Shown here: positions 59,400 through 64,000 of the stretch, one piece after another
How positions within the stretch are numbered: position 1 is the stretch's first letter
How the letters are laid out: every line of letters starts with the position of its first letter
IMG/VR virus record: IMGVR_UViG_3300045988_098681
DNA length: 64,000 bases
From: a virus
Direction: 5' to 3' (one strand)
Program-made: the position numbers and the translations under genes
Notes under the pieces: model-generated
Seen by the model: the letters and a program-made list of their open reading frames with translations, nothing else
What the model was told of the DNA's origin: nothing
The model's database searches: none

Positions 59400-60426
59400 A
59401 TATATGAGCGAGACTTTGGGAACCGTTTTTACCTATCGACATCAGCATAGTGGTATTCAACGTTATCGAGTATGCTCCCGCCTTGCCATCTTCCAATGAC
59501 TGAAAATCTCGCAGAAATCTTAAGTTATTTTACTAAGCTAAACAACTAAATAACATGTGCCATGAACCTTCGTTCTACCTTCCACAATCATCGTCATATT
59601 CAACCAGTAAGTAGACAAGTCTGTGCCACAGGGAGCTACCCTATGACATCTTGCCTAGATGGAAACCATCAAATCTTACAAGGGGCTCTTTCTACCCTTA
59701 ACTTTCACAAAGCATTCAGAATTATTTTCTTCAAATCTTCATCATTTGACATCATTTGACTTGTAAAATTACTACAGTCATTGCTTTTTGCTACTCGTAC
59801 CTTGACCCTATCTTATACTTTGTCTTTCGACAATCTCACAGCAAACTTCCTTAGTGGCACTTCCGTACTTATGCCGCTTGCCACAGCGACACAGCCCTCG
59901 GATTCGGCTTACGCTTTTAACGCTTAGCTTCTATTGTGGAAGCGATAGGACAGTGTTTTTAACAAGGATTGCTTTAGCACACACCCCCAGAACCATTCTA
60001 TTCATAAGTGGCATCTTGCATCTCACAATGCAAGCCTTTGACCGTTACCAAAGCTATCGTTTTGGCTAGGCTATTCTTACCCGCAGGTGGGTAGTGTTCT
60101 CTGCACCATGCTCTTGGTCTACACAGAGTTATGGCACACATTATTTAGTTGTCTAAAAATGGCTACGGGATTGAGTACCGCCCTCAACAATAGTCGGGTC
60201 AAAGCCGACTGCGTTCACTTGTTCGCCATCCCGCAATATTTGGTTGGTATACGATTGAAACCATATACCAACCGTAAGGAAAAAAATATGAAAAAAGCGT
60301 TTTTCTTTTTTATTGTGGCGCACCAAATAAATTTTATGGATGTCCTTTTAGGAGGTAAAACACAAAAAACAGAAAGGTTGGTTTTAGGTGCGCCACTCGA
60401 ATATTTTGTTGTTTTCTCTCTTTACA
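59400..60426 (-). ncRNA. unassigned ~1 kb highly structured RNA candidate (large ornate ncRNA or ribozyme-like leader)
   Basis: Lies downstream of a consensus promoter. The transcribed strand has no ORF of 60 aa or more. G+C is locally ~50% against AT-rich flanks. It has multiple perfect 6-10-bp helices, one of them strand-specific through a G-U pair. The 3' boundary is a guess. Confidence 0.55.
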
Positions 60427-60432
60427 CTTTTC

Positions 60433-60461
60433 ATTATATAGAGATGCTTGCATTTTGTCAA
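60433..60461 (-). promoter_or_regulatory. consensus sigma-A promoter driving the 1-kb RNA/tnpB/tRNA region
   Basis: Minus strand reads TTGACA (60461..60456), exactly 17 nt, then TATAAT (60438..60433), starting 16 nt after the stop of the upstream gene. Confidence 0.7.
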
Positions 60462-60476
60462 GCAAAATTTCAAATT

Positions 60477-61619
60477 TTACAAATTTATTTTATAAGTACA
60501 AACATCATTGTCAAACACTTGTAAAACTTGATAAGGTTTTGTATTACATCTCAAGCTCATAGCAAACTCGTCAATGCCCGATATAGACCCATTGACTACA
60601 ATCTCTGTACCATTGTCATCTTTTATGTTCATGTGATGAATATGCCCAAAATAAATTCTATCCGGCACTTTACCAAGTAAATTAACAGAATGTAGTTTAA
60701 TATTTGACAAAGAATCTTTATCCCCATGTGTCATAAAAACTAATTGGTCTTTTACCTTAAATGTGATCCAATCCTCTAACCCATTCATGCAAACTCTCAC
60801 ATTCGGCAACCTAAGTTCAATATGCTTAAAAATCAATCTTTCAAAATTTTCAGCAGGCATATTTGATTTCTTATCGGCATTTACTCTTGAGTGATTTCCA
60901 ATAACTCCATAAACCTTGGCTTCTGGAATATATGCCTTGAGTCCATTGACAAAGTTAGCCAAAAGTTCTCCGACATTGATAACTTGTGTAATCAAATCTT
61001 CTTCCGCAGCGATACGACTTTGTAAATGAATTGTGCCACTAATCAAATCACCTGCTAATCCGAGGTGTAATTTTTGTACCTTATGTAGTTGACAATAATA
61101 GATTGTTTTCTTGAGCAAAGTTTCTAAACGTTCATTGGCAATATCTACATTGTACTCGTTTAGAACATTATCTATTAAAAGTCCATAGTGAAAGTCAGAC
61201 AAGATAAGAACCGCCTCTACATTGGTAGAATTTGGTTCATGCACACTATTGAGTTTTAATGGCTCAATATCTTCAATCGCTTTTACCATTAAATCCTCTA
61301 GGTGTTCATATCTTGCACTTTCTCTAAGCAACTTGTTATACTCACGCTTTTGATCTTGCACTCTGCACTTCTCTTTATAAAGTTCTTGGCGCAAAGTTTC
61401 TAACCTAGCAGATTCCTCGCTTGTATATCCTTCTTCGAGCTTTTCAAGCATATACTTATATACTCGATAGCCACAATAGCGACCGCCAGCAAAAGATTTC
61501 CTTAAAGAGTCAGGGTGAACATCTAGTTCAAGTTCATCTACCATCTCTTCCCAATCTTTATTCGTTGTTCCTTCTACTTTATCTACGAGCAAATCAAGCT
61601 CGTCTTGATAATTTCGCAT
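60477..61619 (-). CDS. calcineurin-like metallophosphoesterase with N-terminal helical domain
   Basis: Motifs LILSDFHYG (DxH), GLAGDLISG (GD), GNHS (GNH), MTHGD and GHIHH (GHxH). Confidence 0.75.
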   Translation of the reverse strand: MRNYQDELDLLVDKVEGTTNKDWEEMVDELELDVHPDSLRKSFAGGRYCGYRVYKYMLEKLEEGYTSEESARLETLRQELYKEKCRVQDQKREYNKLLRESARYEHLEDLMVKAIEDIEPLKLNSVHEPNSTNVEAVLILSDFHYGLLIDNVLNEYNVDIANERLETLLKKTIYYCQLHKVQKLHLGLAGDLISGTIHLQSRIAAEEDLITQVINVGELLANFVNGLKAYIPEAKVYGVIGNHSRVNADKKSNMPAENFERLIFKHIELRLPNVRVCMNGLEDWITFKVKDQLVFMTHGDKDSLSNIKLHSVNLLGKVPDRIYFGHIHHMNIKDDNGTEIVVNGSISGIDEFAMSLRCNTKPYQVLQVFDNDVCTYKINL

Positions 61620-61810
61620 TAGTTCACCTGTTCCGAGATAAACGAAACTTGCATACCTTCCATATCTCTAAGCATTTCTTCAACGCTAACAACAATCGGT
61701 TCTTCGTCTTTCTTATCATAAACCTCTACAACAAAGTCACCGTTATCATTTCTTGTTAAGTAGCCAATAACCTTGGTGGTTGTAATGCGACTATATGTAT
61801 CCTTCATCAT
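61619..61810 (-). CDS. hypothetical protein
   Basis: 63-aa ORF translationally coupled on both sides. Confidence 0.5.
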   Translation of the reverse strand: MMKDTYSRITTTKVIGYLTRNDNGDFVVEVYDKKDEEPIVVSVEEMLRDMEGMQVSFISEQVN

Positions 61811-62181
61811 TCATCGTCCTCCTCATAATTGTCTGGTTTAAAAAGCGGGTTCCCCCATGTTTGTTCCATCATCTCACTTCTAAATTGTTGTGAAATTAAG
61901 AATTGTGGAATATTGTGTTCAAGACGCTCACGACTCAAACTCAACTCACCATTAAGACTTACATTTGGCATATATCTTGGTTTTTTATATGGTCTGTATT
62001 TGAGCGTAAGAGTTCCAACTTTTTGCAAGCACACCTCTCTGCCCGATAATAAACATTCCCTTATCACATGAATGTAGTTTTCTATGATTTCTCTACATTC
62101 CTTTTGCGAATACCCAGACAATTCAGAAACTACTCGAACGATATCACCTTGTTTCATTTTAGGTACGTTGTATCCTTTCAT
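61807..62181 (-). CDS. HU/IHF-like DNA-binding protein
   Basis: DIVRVVSELSGYSQKECREIIENYIHVIRECLLSGREVCLQKVGTLTLKYR fits the HU-fold helix-helix-beta-arm pattern (..G..V.l.g.Gtf....r). Confidence 0.5.
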   Translation of the reverse strand: MKGYNVPKMKQGDIVRVVSELSGYSQKECREIIENYIHVIRECLLSGREVCLQKVGTLTLKYRPYKKPRYMPNVSLNGELSLSRERLEHNIPQFLISQQFRSEMMEQTWGNPLFKPDNYEEDDE

Positions 62182-62407
62182 TTCTAATCCTTTTAATCCT
62201 TTCTAATCCATACCCCACGCTGAAATAACAACGTGGGGCTTTATGCAATTCCCATACTTGTATGGCGCATTGGGTAATAGCGCACCCCTACTTGGGCAAA
62301 CTGCCCTTTCCAAGATATTCTATCATATAGTAACTTATGATAAAAATTGAACAAACGTTGAAATTTCAACATTCTTAATCTTGTATGTTTTCCCATAATT
62401 TCACATT

Positions 62408-63001
62408 TTATGTGGTTTTTTGAAAAATTTTGAGCAAATTACTAGGGTTTATTGTATATAAAGTTTTCAATAAAAGCACTTTATTCTTATCTGTTTTGGC
62501 TTTAGACTTCCTGCCATTTCCATCTAAATTTACCCTTAAATGAAAAGCTCTATCTATAAGCCAACTAAACAATCCAAGATAATCTTTTGATATATATACT
62601 CGTTTAATATCTTCTACCATATTCTCAAAATCTTCTCGTAATATTAAATCGTCCTCAATATCATCAATCGCATTTTGGTATAACCTCAATCCATAAGCCT
62701 CTATAAACGCCTCAACTTTTTTAGATTTTCGTCTGTCCTCTTTGAGTTGGTGATGGTTGTAAAAATAACACATCGGCAAAGTTGACTCATTTGAACGTAT
62801 TTTAGGTGGTTTATAGTCAAAAAGTACATTCATAGGACATTGGAGCTTGTTGTTAATTTTATCTTTTGGTATGGCATAGTTTACATAAAGCCAAAAGCGT
62901 GGATATCCATTATGTTTTACATTAAGTTCTTGTTTTATGCGCCGTATTTCTGAGTTTAGGTCGATATCGTAAGTGCGCTTTGCATTGTCGATAGCAGCCT
63001 G
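62408..63001 (-). CDS. YonO/RdRP-like RNA polymerase, exon 2 (C-terminal part); 5' boundary ambiguous (63001 or 63046)
   Basis: The reading frame stays open upstream of the ATG to 63061. It has no convincing RBS of its own, and it joins in frame to exon 1 with either candidate 3' splice site. Confidence 0.5.
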   Translation of the reverse strand, partial: QAAIDNAKRTYDIDLNSEIRRIKQELNVKHNGYPRFWLYVNYAIPKDKINNKLQCPMNVLFDYKPPKIRSNESTLPMCYFYNHHQLKEDRRKSKKVEAFIEAYGLRLYQNAIDDIEDDLILREDFENMVEDIKRVYISKDYLGLFSWLIDRAFHLRVNLDGNGRKSKAKTDKNKVLLLKTLYTINPSNLLKIFQKTT

Positions 63002-63277
63002 CATTTGTTTTATCTCTGGCTCTTTATCCAGAGCTTCTTTAAGTTTCCTTAAAGTATCGGACTATATCTTCACCATGCACTTTCGTGTTTAGGTGTTCAG
63101 CACTCGTGGGGGGATTATTGCTAGTTCTGCTCACCCCCTAGTCTCTGAGCCTTCCTATCTACTAAATGAACCTCGATAGGTTTGGCATATGGTTAGCATA
63201 TGCTTTTGCACTTAGCTTTCCACTATTCACTGAATATTTTTTACTAAATGTTTCCACTTAGCTGACCCATTTTACTA
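63002..63277 (-). mobile_element. group I self-splicing intron (ORF-less) in the RNA polymerase gene
   Basis: Core elements are GGCUCAGAGACUAGGGGG (GACUA at 63143..63139) and GAAGAUAUAGUCCG (UAGUC at 63064..63060). Downstream lie a CUUUAAG-GAAA-CUUAAAG hairpin and a CUCUGG/CCAGAG hairpin. The 5' splice site is after GCU (63278), with candidate IGS GGUCA. The 3' end is at G63047 or G63002. Confidence 0.65.
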
Positions 63278-64000
63278 AGCCACTACACTCAGAATACACA
63301 CATAATCATCATACTCTTTGTCTGTAAAACTATATCCATAAGTCAACGCAAGCTGCGCAAGATTACTAGACTCACCTATTGCCATTTGTGCTTTGGCAAG
63401 GTTGTTGTCTATAACGGCGTGATTGTACATGGATAAGTCATAATGATTTTTTTCTTTTGGAATGTTGTTTACAATGGTTGGATGGTTTATGTAGCAATAT
63501 TTGGCGTAGTCGGCAATGTCATGTTGATTTGTTACAAATACTTGGTCAGAATCCCAGTCGCAGCCATTTAGTCGGTCTTGGACATCTGTGTGTTTGCAAT
63601 TCATTGCAATACATTGCTCCCCAATATAAAAATATTTATCTAAAATATCGCTCTTAATATTTTTAAGTCCAATAATATTCGACTTACTATTGTGCGGGCT
63701 TCTAAATCCTGCTAAATACTCGTTTGCTCCAAACCTCTTTGTGTAACATTGAATACAATCCTGCTCTTGACCAAACGTATTGTCTTTTTCTACATCTTCA
63801 CCCACACTATGTAATAACATGGCATAAGGAGAGCCAACCATTACTAAGTTATCACCCTCTTGCAACACTTTACCAAACTTTAGATTTTTTACATAACCAT
63901 CAATTATTTTTTTCTTCCTGCTCCTAAAATACTCACTTCGCACAAATTCTGAATCCTGCTCGCACAATGCGACCAAAACCTCGTAGTCATTAGAAAAGTT
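63278..64000 (-). CDS. YonO/cellular-RdRP-like two-barrel RNA polymerase, exon 1 (continues beyond window)
   Basis: FRSPHNSKSNIIGL...CIAMNCKHTDVQDRLNGCDWDSDQVFV parallels the RdRP/YonO signature (R-x-P...D ... G-G-D-x-D-G-D-x-y-x-V), here with a DxDxD catalytic loop. The frame is open to position 64000. Confidence 0.45.

Noticed and set aside
59322-60476. Group II intron hypothesis, prompted by GUGCGCC strings at 60387-60396 (plus strand) and 60324-60315 (minus strand)
   Set aside because: The two GUGCGCCAC strings are arms of one inverted repeat. I found no domain V-like 34-nt hairpin with an AGC triad and GNRA loop upstream or downstream of tnpB, and no RT/maturase ORF.
59562-60524. Plus-strand ORFs of 65, 71 and 145 aa covering the 1-kb noncoding region
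   Set aside because: They have no RBS, their composition is low-complexity and unlike real proteins, and the longest overlaps the end of the phosphoesterase gene. They run against the only promoter seen. The AGGAGGTAAA at 60350-60359 is not followed by any start codon.
11757-63277. Stop-codon reassignment (TAG or TAA read-through) as the explanation for the split nrdJ, TMP, capsid and RNAP ORFs
   Set aside because: The gaps are 230-1400 nt with stops in all frames, and they contain canonical group I core strings. Every junction can be restored in frame by splicing. Other genes use TAA, TAG and TGA as normal stops.
1-64000. CRISPR arrays, rRNA genes, and integrase or attachment sites
   Set aside because: I saw no regularly spaced direct repeats, no rRNA-like conserved strings, and no tyrosine or serine recombinase ORF in the window.

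Overview
This window looks like part of a low-GC tailed dsDNA phage or prophage with Firmicutes-type signals (AGGAGG ribosome-binding sites, TTGACA-17-TAxxxT promoters). Positions 1-16.56 kb hold a plus-strand early module for replication and nucleotide metabolism: a beta-CASP nuclease, a DnaE-type polymerase, a methyltransferase, a RecD-like helicase, two sigma-like factors, a class II RNR, a ThyX-like protein, a GMP-kinase-like protein, a nucleotidase and dUTPase. It ends at a bidirectional terminator (16566-16600). Positions 16.6-64 kb are a convergent minus-strand late module. From the window's right edge leftwards it holds a YonO/RdRP-like RNA polymerase, an HU-like protein, a phosphoesterase, an accessory island, lysis genes, terminase, portal, capsid, tail tube, tape measure, and baseplate/fibre genes. 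The window carries many selfish or RNA-based elements. Four related group I introns interrupt nrdJ, the tape-measure gene (this intron carries a Zn-ribbon/PD-(D/E)XK-like endonuclease ORF), the major capsid gene (next to a free-standing GIY-YIG endonuclease) and the RNA polymerase gene. There is an intact IscB with a ~317-nt upstream leader (candidate omega/HEARO RNA), an intact TnpB with a downstream candidate omega RNA, and three tRNAs (Trp, Glu, Asn). The most interesting item is a ~1 kb ORF-free, GC-enriched, helix-rich region transcribed from a consensus promoter, lying upstream of tnpB and the tRNAs. I cannot assign it to any family by eye. A MazF/PemK-like toxin and a RuvC-like resolvase sit inside the tail-assembly module. 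All intron boundaries, RNA ends and most structural-protein functions are inferences from sequence reading only; no searches were run.
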